Both the position numbers and the translations under genes were made by a program. Source: Vulcanimicrobiales bacterium (GTDB lineage Bacteria > Vulcanimicrobiota > Vulcanimicrobiia > Vulcanimicrobiales > Vulcanimicrobiaceae). Taken from it: a DNA stretch of 64,000 nt. Below the pieces are notes generated by a model. That model was given only the letters and a program-made list of their open reading frames with translations. It was not told the DNA's origin and made no database searches. This document shows, one piece after another, positions 28,876 to 39,321 of this stretch. The first letter of the stretch is position 1. Each line of letters opens with the position of its first letter. The stretch is taken from assembly GCA_038231455.1 (NCBI GenBank), contig JBBRLI010000005.1, forward strand, positions 32,001 to 96,000, read 5' to 3'.

Positions 28876-30678
28876 CTACTGGGGCGGCGATGTCGCTAGC
28901 ATTATTCCTTGAGACGCCGGGATGGCCCCGCTGGTTGCGGCGGTGCGCTCCCACGCGGCCCGCAAGTCTTCGAGCGACCCGTCGGAGCCGCGCAAAATGC
29001 GATCGACTTCGCGCTTGAGTGATTCGGTCTGCAGCACGTCGATCGCCGTCCCGACCGCCGAGGCAAGGAGCGCAATTGCGCCTGCTTCGTCTGGCGCATA
29101 CGGCTCGGCCGTGCTTTTCGGGCCGATCACAAGCATTCCGGTAAGATGTCCGCGCACCACGAACGGGAATACGCGCTCGCCCGGAATCGTACTATCGCTG
29201 CCCTCCAGAACGAGTGCTTCGCGGAACGCGCGCAAACGCACGATCGCCGGATCGTTTTCATCGATCACCGTGGGCATGTCACTTGTGGTCGCGACACAAA
29301 CGAAACGATTTGGTTCGGCAAGATAAATCGTCGCGTGAACCGCGTGCGCGTTACGAATCACGATCTCGATTGCTCGATCTTCGAGCACGTCGAGGTCGGT
29401 GATAAACGACGCCTCGGTTGCGAAACGCCGAATTGCCGCCTCGGATGCGTGGCGTTCGCGGAAGAAGAAGTCATCGACGAAGCGGTCGACCCGGTGGTGG
29501 ATCGATTTGAGCGAGAGTCCGAGCGTGACCGAGAGCGCGAGTTCGATGATCGAACTTGTCGTATGCGAAACGTCGACGAGAAACTTGCCGAGAAACCATT
29601 CGAGCGAGCCGAGGACAACCACGACGACGATCGAGACCCCGCCGAAGACGATCGCGCGGTTCACAACAAAGCCGATATCGAGCACGCGGTAGCGTAAGAT
29701 TGCGTATCCCATACCGAATGGAATCGCAAGCGCCGTCACCGGGAGAAAGTAAATCCACTGATCGGAGTGTTTGGTGAGGAGCGCGACGACTTCGGCGATC
29801 AGTCCCGAGAAGCCGATCGCAAGCGAGAGCGACACCCAGCGGACGCGCTGTTTCTCTTCGCCCGTCGCCTTGCGATTTGCAATGAAGAATGCGGTCGTGA
29901 TCGCGATGACATAGTAAATCCACGGGCTGTTTCCGAGGATCAACGCCAACATCGGCGGCCGTCGCTGGGTAATGAAAACGCTATATTCGATGAAGAAGGC
30001 GAGCGCGACGATGCCCCACACGACGAAGGGGTTGAGCCGCCGAATGAACGCGCGCACGCCGGTATCGGTGCGCGTCGGAAAGATGGTTGCAAAGCGGACG
30101 GCTTGTCCGATTCCGGTAAATGCGCAGCACTGCTGAAAGACGAGCCACGCCAGGACGAATGCGCCGCTCATGTAGTACGCGGTCGTCGATGAGAGCGCAA
30201 GCGAGAAGAGCAAAAAGAACGACGCCAGCGCCCGTCCCTCGGGTAAGTCCGGTCGCCGGAAAACAATTGCTGCTGCGACGATTCCCATCGCAACACGCAA
30301 GAAAATATAAACGTAGACAATGATCGGGACGGCGTCGTGCCTCGGAGCGATTTCGAGGTCAACGACTTGGACCGGCGACCCGGCGCGTTCGCGGCGAATC
30401 TTGAAGACGTCGCCCGGATCGACTTTATAGTAACGCATCCGCTCGTTTAACGATTGATCGACGAGTTGGAACCGATCGCCCACCCGCAACACGCGCGCGG
30501 CGGGAAGATCCGGCTTCACGCTCACCACTTCATACACGGTGTACGCGTTGGGATCAACGAGTTTCGCGGTAAATCCCTGGGTTCCAATTTTGCTGCCCGC
30601 GGCAAGATCGGTGCACACCGTTACCGCGACCAGGAGCAGCCCAAGGAAGGCGACGAGTCGCCAGAGCGATGGCTTCAT
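28876..30678 (-). CDS. Multi-pass membrane sensor-like protein (PDZ-like, TMs, C-terminal GAF-like)
   Basis: V.PDLPAA..LRVGD, about 8 TMs, YAILRYRVLDI, G.LVIGPK...PY. Confidence 0.7.
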   Translation of the reverse strand: MKPSLWRLVAFLGLLLVAVTVCTDLAAGSKIGTQGFTAKLVDPNAYTVYEVVSVKPDLPAARVLRVGDRFQLVDQSLNERMRYYKVDPGDVFKIRRERAGSPVQVVDLEIAPRHDAVPIIVYVYIFLRVAMGIVAAAIVFRRPDLPEGRALASFFLLFSLALSSTTAYYMSGAFVLAWLVFQQCCAFTGIGQAVRFATIFPTRTDTGVRAFIRRLNPFVVWGIVALAFFIEYSVFITQRRPPMLALILGNSPWIYYVIAITTAFFIANRKATGEEKQRVRWVSLSLAIGFSGLIAEVVALLTKHSDQWIYFLPVTALAIPFGMGYAILRYRVLDIGFVVNRAIVFGGVSIVVVVVLGSLEWFLGKFLVDVSHTTSSIIELALSVTLGLSLKSIHHRVDRFVDDFFFRERHASEAAIRRFATEASFITDLDVLEDRAIEIVIRNAHAVHATIYLAEPNRFVCVATTSDMPTVIDENDPAIVRLRAFREALVLEGSDSTIPGERVFPFVVRGHLTGMLVIGPKSTAEPYAPDEAGAIALLASAVGTAIDVLQTESLKREVDRILRGSDGSLEDLRAAWERTAATSGAIPASQGIMLATSPPQ

Positions 30679-30727
30679 GAATGTCGCTTCGCCGCTAAGA
30701 GCGGCGAGGCTTGCGACAAAAGGCAGA

Positions 30728-31083
30728 GCGGAGGGCGCCTGTAAGCCGGATTCTGTCCCGGCAAAGCCGGTGATCATCATCTCTCTTGGGCCGACGTTGC
30801 CGGCGACCTCGGTGCGACGTAACTCGTTCGGACGGGTATCCGCGACGCGCGAAGCGTCGTCATCGAGCGGTCTTGCTTCAGGTGGGGTTTACCCGCGCCC
30901 ACGTCTCCGTGGAGCGCCGTGAGCTCTTACCTCACGATTTCACCCTTGCCGCGCTCGCGCACGGCGGTTTGTTTCTGTGGCACTTTCCTTCGAGTCACCC
31001 CGAGCGGACGTTATCCGCCACCACTCCCTATGAAGCCCGGACTTTCCTCACCCTCGCGGGTGCGATGATCCAGCGTCCTCCGC
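30728..31083 (-). ncRNA. rnpB: RNase P RNA (type A)
   Basis: GAGGAAAGTCCGGGC near the 5' end, ACAGAATCCGGCTTAC near the 3' end; complementary P1 ends. Confidence 0.96.
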
Positions 31084-31209
31084 CCGGGCATCATACGCGA
31101 TTGCGTGCCGCGCGGCAAGAACGGATATCGATCGGTACGCTTACGGACCGATGATGGTGATTTTTGGGTACAACTCGCTTAGCCCGCGTTTGCGGACGGT
31201 AAGGCATCC

Positions 31210-32832
31210 ATGCATCCCGCCTCGTCGAATCGACCGACCGGTCCCTTAAGCAACGGACGCAAGCCATCGAATCCGTTCGAACACAGCTCGTATATGGTCT
31301 GGACCTACGACGCGGCACGCGAGCTGAATTACGTCAACCGAATGGTGATGGACTATTCGGGTCTCTTGGGAGACGAAGTGCTCTCGTCGACTTCGCTCTG
31401 GACGCATTTGCTCGATGCCGCGGGAGCGCTGGCGTTCAACGCTTCACTCAAGGCGGCGATGGAAAATGGCGAGTCGTTTCGGGGTGAAGCGCAATTTGTC
31501 GGGGCGCCTTCCGAATTACACGATCGCCTCTGGCACGTCGTAAGCGTCGATCCGAACCGCGATGAGAGCGGGCGTATCGAATCGTGGAGCGGTATCGCGG
31601 TCGGGATCGACGACCGGATTCGCGCGGAAATTGCGCTCGACGTTCGTGAAGAACAGTACCAACAAGAGCTGTACCGTTCGACAACATTCCAACGAGCGGT
31701 TTTACCGCCGCGTCTTCCGATCGTTCCGGGTCTTACGTTCGACGCGATTTACGAACCGGGACTGAGTAACGAGAACGTCGGCGGCGATTGGTACGATGCC
31801 GTTCGACTTCTGGACGGTCGCGTGCTGCTAACAATCGGCGATGTCGCCGGGAGCGGTTTGAATGCAGCCGTGGTGATGGGCGTCGTGCGCCAAATCATGC
31901 GTGGGATCGCGCAATTACATGCCGAGCCCGCGTTGATGCTCGACGCTTCGGATCGAGCGCTGCGACAAGAATACCCCGACGTTCTGGTCACCGCATGGGT
32001 TGGTATTGTTGACCTCGTGAGCCAGACACTCACGTATGCCTCCGCCGGTCATCCACCGCCGCTCCTCATCGAAGCGAACGGACCCGTCCGGGATCTGGAT
32101 CATCTCACGTTGCCGATTGGCCTTCGCCAAGGGCATCAGGGACATGCCTCGACGATCCCGCTCCAATCGGGCGACGCGATCTGGCTCTACACCGACGGCC
32201 TGATCGAAGCGAAGCACGATATTGTCGAAGGAACGCGATTGCTCGAAGCAACGGCTCGAGATGTGCAAATGCACACCGTTGCGGATCCGGCGGCGATGAT
32301 CCGTCGACTCGTCATTCCCGACGGATCACCGGACGATGTCGCGATCTTAGTCGTGAAGATCGACTTTGTCGAATCCGAGCGGTATATCGTTCGCTCGACT
32401 TTCAATTCATCCGACGCGGATGCGGCCCGCGAGGCGCGAAGAACGTTTGCAAACGGACTTTCAAGCAAACATTTCTCGCCGGTCGACATCGCCAATGCCG
32501 AAGTCGTCTTCGGCGAACTCTGCGGAAACATCGCGCGGTACGCGCCGGGAATCGTCGATGTGATCGTCGACGGCAGCGGCGAGCAAACCGTGTTGCACGT
32601 GCTCGATCGCGGCGTCGGATTCCGGCATCTCAGCCGACTTCCGTCCGACCCACTCTCTGAAGAAGGGCGTGGGTTATTCATCATCGCCGCAATGACGACG
32701 GAGTTCACCGTCGGACAGCGCGTCGGCGGTGGAAGTCACGCGCGATCCGTCTTAGTCGGACGGTATCCGGTATCGTTACTGCGCGATCTCACGTTGCCGG
32801 CGGTAACCGACCAGGTTTCGGAGACATTCTAA
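31210..32832 (+). CDS. PAS + SpoIIE/RsbU PP2C phosphatase + RsbW-like HATPase fusion
   Basis: VGGDWYD, IGDVAGSG, YASAGHPPP, LYTDGLIE, DDVA; EL..N..RYA, D.GVGF, EEGRGL. Confidence 0.9.
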   Translation: MHPASSNRPTGPLSNGRKPSNPFEHSSYMVWTYDAARELNYVNRMVMDYSGLLGDEVLSSTSLWTHLLDAAGALAFNASLKAAMENGESFRGEAQFVGAPSELHDRLWHVVSVDPNRDESGRIESWSGIAVGIDDRIRAEIALDVREEQYQQELYRSTTFQRAVLPPRLPIVPGLTFDAIYEPGLSNENVGGDWYDAVRLLDGRVLLTIGDVAGSGLNAAVVMGVVRQIMRGIAQLHAEPALMLDASDRALRQEYPDVLVTAWVGIVDLVSQTLTYASAGHPPPLLIEANGPVRDLDHLTLPIGLRQGHQGHASTIPLQSGDAIWLYTDGLIEAKHDIVEGTRLLEATARDVQMHTVADPAAMIRRLVIPDGSPDDVAILVVKIDFVESERYIVRSTFNSSDADAAREARRTFANGLSSKHFSPVDIANAEVVFGELCGNIARYAPGIVDVIVDGSGEQTVLHVLDRGVGFRHLSRLPSDPLSEEGRGLFIIAAMTTEFTVGQRVGGGSHARSVLVGRYPVSLLRDLTLPAVTDQVSETF

Positions 32833-32848
32833 ACGCGCCGATCGAATT

Positions 32849-32921
32849 TGGAGGATAGGAGACTCGAACTCCTGACCCCTTGCATGCCATGCAAGTGCTC
32901 TACCAACTGAGCTAATCCCCC
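32849..32921 (-). tRNA. tRNA-Ala(GGC)
   Basis: GGGGGATTAGCTCAGTTGGTAGAGCACTTGCATGGCATGCAAG..GTTCGAGTC; CCA not encoded. Confidence 0.96.
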
Positions 32922-33040
32922 GAGGCCGACCGACGACGATTTGTGAGTGCGCGGTATCGGTCCTGCCGCTCGGACAAACTTACGCCCGCGTTTCGCCACG
33001 TAACGCACGCGGCGCCGGTCGAGGCCCGGCCTCGAGTCGG

Positions 33041-33409
33041 TTAAGCCTTGGTCAACAGCAGCGCGTCCATGCGCCGCAGACGGTCGGCCATCGTCTGCAT
33101 GACTTCGATTGCGAAAAACGGTGTGTTCTGAACGAGGTAGAGGAAGCGCTCCGGCGTGATCGGGACGACCTTCGATGGCACGGTCGCTACGGCCGTAGCC
33201 GTGCGCTCTTTGTGCTCGATAAGCGCGAGCTCCCCGAACATCCCCCCGGGACCGATCCGCTCGAGAACCCGGTCACCGAGACGAATCTCGATCTCGCCCT
33301 CGATCACGACGTACATGACATCGCCGGTGTCGCCGATTTCGACGATATGCCGGCCAACCGCAACGTCCTGGATACTCGAATCATGCCGGAACACGTCGAT
33401 TGTCGTCAT
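33041..33409 (-). CDS. Stand-alone cyclic-nucleotide-binding domain protein
   Basis: GD.GD.MYVV.EG, GMFGELALI....RTATA. Confidence 0.9.
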   Translation of the reverse strand: MTTIDVFRHDSSIQDVAVGRHIVEIGDTGDVMYVVIEGEIEIRLGDRVLERIGPGGMFGELALIEHKERTATAVATVPSKVVPITPERFLYLVQNTPFFAIEVMQTMADRLRRMDALLLTKA

Positions 33410-33482
33410 CAGTGCTGCTTTAGGAAACAGGGGAGGGGCTCCTTGGAGTGCTTTTTCCCACCTTGTTCCTGCCGATGGCAGC

Positions 33483-33513
33483 GAAAGAAAGGCCCGAGCG
33501 GTGAGCTCGAGCC
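33483..33513 (-). terminator. Intrinsic terminator after tRNA-Ala(TGC)
   Basis: ggctcgagc-tcacc-gctcgggcc-tttctttc. Confidence 0.7.
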
Positions 33514-33523
33514 AAAAATCTTG

Positions 33524-33596
33524 TGGAGACGTGGAGATTCGAACTCCAGACATCCTGCTTGCAAAGCAGGCGCTCTACCAACTGAGCTACGTCCCC
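33524..33596 (-). tRNA. tRNA-Ala(TGC)
   Basis: GGGGACGTAGCTCAGTTGGTAGAGCGCCTGCTTTGCAAGCAGG..GTTCGAATC. Confidence 0.96.
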
Positions 33597-33639
33597 GCGA
33601 CGCGTCATCTTCCGGATCGAGTGACGCGTACCCTTGCTT

Positions 33640-35769
33640 TCACGGTGAAACCATCTTCACAAACGTCGAAACGAAGCGCGGATCCCACTGCTTGCTCGCG
33701 CCATTTGTGAGGATACCGCACGCTTTGTCGACCGTCATGCCTTTGCGATACGGGCGCGTCGAAACCATCGCATGATACGCGTCGGCGATGCTGATGACGC
33801 GCGTCAAGCGAGGAATGGCCTCACCTTTGAGTTTGAGCGGGTAACCGGTGCCGTCCCACGACTCTTGGTGCGTTTCGACTAGCGTCGAGACGCGTCGCAT
33901 CTGCGGAATGGGGCTGAGGATTCGTGCGCCGTCGCCCGGGTGCTTGCGCATCACGTCGAATTCCGCATCGGTGAGCGGACCGTCTTTCCCGAGAATGCTC
34001 TCGGGGGTGCCGATTTTGCCGACATCGTGCAAGAGCGCGCCGAGGCGCAACTCTTCGAGCTCCGTCTCGCCATAGCCGAGGAGCTTGCCGAGTTTGAGCG
34101 CGTAGTTTGCAACGGCGTGCGAATGGCCGCTGGTGTACTTGTCGCGTACGTCGACGGCCTGTGCGAGAGCCAGAGCCATATCGATATTGCGACCGCCGCT
34201 GCCGGCGACGCGCTCGGCCGCTTTTTCGATTGCGTGCGGGCCGGTGGAAAACTGTTTGGACGTCAGGACTGCGAAAAACGCTTCTTGTGCCAGCCGTTCC
34301 CACTCGCTGTTGAGATTGCGATTGGCGACGTGCAGCCGATTGCGGCCGCCGTATTTGGCGACGTAGAGCGCCTTATCGGCCGTCTCGAGCAAACGATCCG
34401 CTTGCGTGCCGTGCATCGGTGTCTCCGCGATGCCGATCGATATCGTGCAGGCAGGCACGCCGTCGGGTGTATTCTCTGCGATTCGCTCGATGAGCAGACG
34501 CGCGCGTTGTGTCGCTTCTTCGACGCCCGTGCTGGGGAGCACCATAAGGAATTCCTCGCCACCGTAGCGCGCGGCGACCTCGTGCGATTCGACGCTCGCT
34601 TTCAGTTCCGCGGCAACGTAACGCAGCACGCTATCGCCGACGAGGTGTCCGTAGGCGTTGTTGATGTCGCGCATCTTGTCGATATCGATCATCAAGAGCG
34701 AGAGCGGGTTTTTCGACGAGCGCGCCTGCGCGAAGAGCGCCGTATACTGCTCCATCGCGAAGCGGTGATTGTAGATGCCCGTCAGGCCGTCGGTAATTGC
34801 TTCATACCGCAGGCGTTCGTAGCGTTCGGCGGTAGTGACGGCCGAGCCGACCATATTTGCGACGGCTTCGAGGAATTGCGCGTCGTCGGCGGAGAGGGTG
34901 GCGGCTGAGAGCGAGATATCCAGTGCACCGACACCCTCGCCGTTGACGATCATGGGGACCACGACACGCGTTCCCTCGAGATTGTCACGGACGAGAATCT
35001 CGCCCGTTTCGAGGGATTCTGCAATCGTTCGGTCGTTATTCGAACGAATCGAGACGCGGGCACTTCCCGCACCGTAGACACCGGCGAGCTGCATCGATAC
35101 GGAATCGATGATCGCATCGGCGCCCCGATGATCGGCGAGGGTCTTTGCAAGATTGCTCAGCATGTTGAGTTGCGCGCCGCGGACTTCGAGCGTCGGATCG
35201 CCTTCGGTGATGTGCAGGCCGCGTTTGGTGCCGCTGATTCCCGCACCGATGACGCGCGAAATTTTCTGCAGCGCCGTTTGCGCTTTTGCATCCCACATGC
35301 GCGCAGATGCATACACGTCGATAACGAGCAGGCCCGCGGGTTTGCGTTCGCTCGCGATCGGGACGATCAAGCTCGAGCGGACGTTCGAGAAGCGAAGCGC
35401 ACGCCGTTGACTCGGTGCGATCGGATAGCGGTCGTAATCTTCGATCGCGACTTGCATCCCGGTCTCGAGCGCATTCACCATAAACGCTGGCAACTGGGCG
35501 ATCGGGTGGATCGAACCTAGTAGCGACGGCGTCGCGCCGGTCGTTTCGTGCGTGACGACAAGCCGTTTTTCCGCAGGGTTGAAGCGGTAGACGACCGCTC
35601 GATCGATCCCAAGCAACACCGGTAGACGTCCGACGATTCGCTGCAGCCCGGCTCCCACATCGCGACGTGAGGCTAAGCGTTTGAATTCGTCGACTAATCC
35701 ATCGACGGGATCCAAAGCGGTCGGGGGTGCGACAGACAACGTGACTCCAAGCAAGCAAGTGGCGTACAA
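33640..35769 (-). CDS. GAF-GAF-GGDEF-HD-GYP c-di-GMP enzyme
   Basis: DGLTGIYN, RYGGEEF, HDVGK, WDGTGYP; start uncertain. Confidence 0.9.
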   Translation of the reverse strand: MYATCLLGVTLSVAPPTALDPVDGLVDEFKRLASRRDVGAGLQRIVGRLPVLLGIDRAVVYRFNPAEKRLVVTHETTGATPSLLGSIHPIAQLPAFMVNALETGMQVAIEDYDRYPIAPSQRRALRFSNVRSSLIVPIASERKPAGLLVIDVYASARMWDAKAQTALQKISRVIGAGISGTKRGLHITEGDPTLEVRGAQLNMLSNLAKTLADHRGADAIIDSVSMQLAGVYGAGSARVSIRSNNDRTIAESLETGEILVRDNLEGTRVVVPMIVNGEGVGALDISLSAATLSADDAQFLEAVANMVGSAVTTAERYERLRYEAITDGLTGIYNHRFAMEQYTALFAQARSSKNPLSLLMIDIDKMRDINNAYGHLVGDSVLRYVAAELKASVESHEVAARYGGEEFLMVLPSTGVEEATQRARLLIERIAENTPDGVPACTISIGIAETPMHGTQADRLLETADKALYVAKYGGRNRLHVANRNLNSEWERLAQEAFFAVLTSKQFSTGPHAIEKAAERVAGSGGRNIDMALALAQAVDVRDKYTSGHSHAVANYALKLGKLLGYGETELEELRLGALLHDVGKIGTPESILGKDGPLTDAEFDVMRKHPGDGARILSPIPQMRRVSTLVETHQESWDGTGYPLKLKGEAIPRLTRVISIADAYHAMVSTRPYRKGMTVDKACGILTNGASKQWDPRFVSTFVKMVSP

Positions 35770-35834
35770 TAGTAGGGTTCGGCAGAACGCCGTCGGATTC
35801 TGAGAGACCGCAATACTATGTAACCGGAGTGTAA

Positions 35835-37916
35835 TTGACCACGACGATCCCGACCTCAGGCGAATACCCGCAGGCCGACCGACTCGATCAGGTAGACGAC
35901 TATCACGGGACGCGCGTCGCCGACCCGTACCGCTGGCTCGAAGACGTCGATGCGCCGCAAACCGCGGCTTGGGTCGAGGCGCAGAACGCGCTAACGGCGC
36001 GCATCCTGGCGCGCTCGGATCGGCGCGCAGATATTCATGCGCGCCTCACCACCCTCTGGGACTATGAAAAGTTCGGCATTCCTCAGGCCGTCGGCGATCG
36101 ATTCTTTTACACGAAAAATGCCGGTTTGCAAAATCAGGCCGTCCTCTACACCGCGCGTTCGCTCGGTGCGACATCGCGCGTATTGATCGATCCGAACACC
36201 CTCTCAAGTGACGGTACCGTCGCGCTCTCCGGACTCTCGCTCAGTGATGACGGAAGATACGTCGCTTATGCCATCTCGGCTTCGGGGTCGGATTGGCAAA
36301 CATGGCGCGTGCGTGAAGTCGCCTCAGGTCGCGACTTGCCCGATACGATCGCGTGGAGCAAGTTCTCGGGCGCGGCGTGGCTGCTCGATGGCAGCGGCTT
36401 TTTTTATAGTCGGTTCGATGCGCCCGCCGGTGAAACGCAGTTCAAGGACGCAAACTACGATCACAAGTTGTACTTCCACGCTCTGGGCACGGCGCAGATC
36501 GACGATTTGCTCGTGTACGAGCGCCCCGACCATAAAGATTGGACGCTCGGCGCCGAGGTTACCGAGGACGGTCGGTATCTCCTTATTTCCGCCACCAAGG
36601 GAACCGAATCGCGCAATCGCGTGTTCGTGCGCGATCTGCAGTCGAACGACTCGGCCGTGCGCGGCCTCTTTACCGCGGGCGAGGCGCAATACCAGTTCGT
36701 CGGCAACGTCGGGACAACGATGTACTTCCAAACGACGAGTGATGCGCCGCTCGGCCAACTCGTCACCGTCGACGTCGATGCACCGCAACACCACCGGGTC
36801 GTACTTCCGCCATCCGCCGACACACTCGAGAGCGTGCAACTCGTCGGCGGTCGGCTGATCGCAACGTACTTGCACGATGCGCACTCCGTCGTACAGGTGT
36901 ACGACTTGAACGGGAAGCTTGCCTACGAGGTGGGATTGCCGGGTCTCGGCACGGCATCGGGATTCGCCGGACGCAAGCACGATACCACCGTGTATTTCGC
37001 GTTTACGTCCTACGTCGCACCGGCCGCGATCTACGCGCTCGATCTCGAATCGGCAACCACGACGCCGGTGTTTGCGCCGAGAGTCAATTTCGATCCAGCG
37101 GCGTTCACAAGCGAACAGGTTTTCTATACGAGTAAAGATGGGACGCGCGTGCCGATGATCGTCTCATCGAAAGTCGGCGTGCCGCGCGATGGCACGGCTC
37201 CGACGATTCTTTACGGGTACGGGGGCTTCGATATCTCGCTTACCCCGGCGTTCTCGCCGGCGATCTTGGTGTGGCTGGAACTCGGCGGTGTGTATGCCGT
37301 TGCCAATATTCGCGGCGGTGCGGAATACGGAGAGGCATGGCATCTCGCCGGGACGTTCGAGAAGAAGCAGAACGTCTTCGACGACTTCATCGCCGGTGCC
37401 GAGTATTTAATTTCGGAGCGCTACACCTCGACTGCGAAACTTGCGATTGCGGGTGGGAGCAATGGTGGGCTGCTCGTCGGCGCTTGCATGACGCAGCGGC
37501 CCGAACTCTTCGCGGCGGCTCTCCCGGCGGTCGGTGTGATGGACATGCTGCGCTTCCAGCATTTTACGATTGGTTGGGCGTGGACCGCGGAATACGGTTC
37601 GGCCGATAATTCGCAGCAGTTTCCCGCGATTTACGCATATTCGCCCTTACACAACCTGCGCGAGGGGACGCACTATCCGGCAACGCTCGTCACGACGGCC
37701 GATCACGACGACCGGGTGTACCCCGCGCACAGCTTCAAGTTCGCGGCGGCGTTGCAGCACGCGCAAGGCGGACCGGCACCGGTGCTCATTCGCATCGAGC
37801 AGAAAGCCGGGCACGGAGCGGGTAAACCGACCACCAAAGTGATCGACGAAGTCGCCGACCGATACACTTTCCTTACGCAAGTGCTCAACATCGCGAAGGC
37901 GGCGAAGGAATCGTAG
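35835..37916 (+). CDS. Prolyl oligopeptidase (S9A)
   Basis: DPYRWLED, GYGGF, GGSNGG, DHDDRV, GHGAGK. Confidence 0.96.
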   Translation: MTTTIPTSGEYPQADRLDQVDDYHGTRVADPYRWLEDVDAPQTAAWVEAQNALTARILARSDRRADIHARLTTLWDYEKFGIPQAVGDRFFYTKNAGLQNQAVLYTARSLGATSRVLIDPNTLSSDGTVALSGLSLSDDGRYVAYAISASGSDWQTWRVREVASGRDLPDTIAWSKFSGAAWLLDGSGFFYSRFDAPAGETQFKDANYDHKLYFHALGTAQIDDLLVYERPDHKDWTLGAEVTEDGRYLLISATKGTESRNRVFVRDLQSNDSAVRGLFTAGEAQYQFVGNVGTTMYFQTTSDAPLGQLVTVDVDAPQHHRVVLPPSADTLESVQLVGGRLIATYLHDAHSVVQVYDLNGKLAYEVGLPGLGTASGFAGRKHDTTVYFAFTSYVAPAAIYALDLESATTTPVFAPRVNFDPAAFTSEQVFYTSKDGTRVPMIVSSKVGVPRDGTAPTILYGYGGFDISLTPAFSPAILVWLELGGVYAVANIRGGAEYGEAWHLAGTFEKKQNVFDDFIAGAEYLISERYTSTAKLAIAGGSNGGLLVGACMTQRPELFAAALPAVGVMDMLRFQHFTIGWAWTAEYGSADNSQQFPAIYAYSPLHNLREGTHYPATLVTTADHDDRVYPAHSFKFAAALQHAQGGPAPVLIRIEQKAGHGAGKPTTKVIDEVADRYTFLTQVLNIAKAAKES

Positions 37917-37938
37917 GGACGTAACAAAATGTGCGGTC

Positions 37939-39321
37939 ATGGTCGCACGTTTTTGTCTTGTCGTCGCGTTGGTTTTTTCGTTGGTCGGTGCGGATGCAAA
38001 TGCCGCGGGCCTGGGAGCACTCTCGACACCGCTGGCCGATCCGTTTCCCAGTACCTATGCACCCGCTCAAGCGCGAACGACGCTCATCCGTAATGCAACG
38101 ATTCTCACCGCCGCCGGCCCGACGATTCGGGCCGGCTCGATCCTCTTGCAGAACGGCAAGATCGTCGCGGTCGGTGCGAACGTTGCCGCTCCGCCCGACG
38201 CCCTGATCATCGATGGCACGGGGAAGTACGTGACACCCGGTATCGTCGACATCCACTCGCACCTTGGCGTGTACGCAGCACCCGGCACATCGGCGCTCGA
38301 TGACGGCAATGAGGCAACCAACCCGGTCACCGCAAACGTGTGGGCCGAACATTCGGTGTGGCCGCAAGACCCACAATTTCCGCGCATCCTCGCCGGCGGT
38401 GTCACGACGATTCAGGTGCTACCGGGTTCTGCCAATCTGATCGGCGGCCGCAGCGCGATTCTCAAAGTCGTTCCGTCGCGAACGGTTCAGGGCATGAAAT
38501 TTCCTGGCGCCAAATACGGCCTAAAAATGGCGTGCGGCGAGAATCCCAAGCGCGTGTACGCGCAGCGCGGACCCTCGACACGGATGGGCAATGTCGCTGG
38601 GTATCGCACGGCGTGGATTGCAGCGGAGGCCTATCGCCGCAAGTGGGATGCTTGGAATACGACCAAAACCGGCGAGCCGCCGGCGCGCGACCTCGGACTC
38701 GAAACGCTCGCGGAAGTCTTGCGCGGCAATATCCTGGTTCACAATCACTGCTACCGTGCGGATGAGATGGCGCAGATGCTCGACATCGCAAAAGAATTTG
38801 GTTACCAGATACGCGCGTTTCACCACGGCGTCGAAGCCTACAAAATCGGCGACATGCTTGCCGCAGCCGGAACGGGCGCCGCGGTGTGGGCGGATTGGGG
38901 CATGTTCAAACTCGAGGCGATGGATTCGATTCGTGCAAACATGGCGCTCGTCGACGCGGCGGGCGCAAAGGCCATGATTCACTCCGACGATCCCAACGGC
39001 GCGCAGCACCTCAGTCAAGAAGTTGCCAAGGCGATGGCTGCCGGTAATGCGCTTGGCATGAACATCTCCGAAGAGAAAGCCGTGCGCTGGATGACGATCA
39101 ACCCGGCCTGGGCGCTCGGACTCGACGACAAGATCGGTTCGCTCGAAGCCGGCAAGAACGCGGATGTCGCGCTCTGGAGCGGCGATCCGTTCTCGGTCTA
39201 TACCAAAGCGGAGAAAGTATGGATCGACGGTGCGCTGCTCTTCGATCGGAGCGATCCCGCCCAAAATTGGAAGACCGATTTCGAACTGGGCTTCGTGCGC
39301 CCGCAAGGAGCTGGTAAATAG
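37939..39321 (+). CDS. Secreted amidohydrolase family protein
   Basis: Signal peptide; PGIVDIHSH, KMACGENPK, HCY, HSD. Confidence 0.9.
   Translation: MVARFCLVVALVFSLVGADANAAGLGALSTPLADPFPSTYAPAQARTTLIRNATILTAAGPTIRAGSILLQNGKIVAVGANVAAPPDALIIDGTGKYVTPGIVDIHSHLGVYAAPGTSALDDGNEATNPVTANVWAEHSVWPQDPQFPRILAGGVTTIQVLPGSANLIGGRSAILKVVPSRTVQGMKFPGAKYGLKMACGENPKRVYAQRGPSTRMGNVAGYRTAWIAAEAYRRKWDAWNTTKTGEPPARDLGLETLAEVLRGNILVHNHCYRADEMAQMLDIAKEFGYQIRAFHHGVEAYKIGDMLAAAGTGAAVWADWGMFKLEAMDSIRANMALVDAAGAKAMIHSDDPNGAQHLSQEVAKAMAAGNALGMNISEEKAVRWMTINPAWALGLDDKIGSLEAGKNADVALWSGDPFSVYTKAEKVWIDGALLFDRSDPAQNWKTDFELGFVRPQGAGK

Noticed and set aside
30539-31154. ORFs over 30.7-31.1 kb and the N-terminal extension of the 634-aa ORF
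   Set aside because: The region is RNase P RNA
33410-33608. N-terminal extension of the cNMP-binding ORF and a 62-aa ORF
   Set aside because: They run through tRNA-Ala and its terminator
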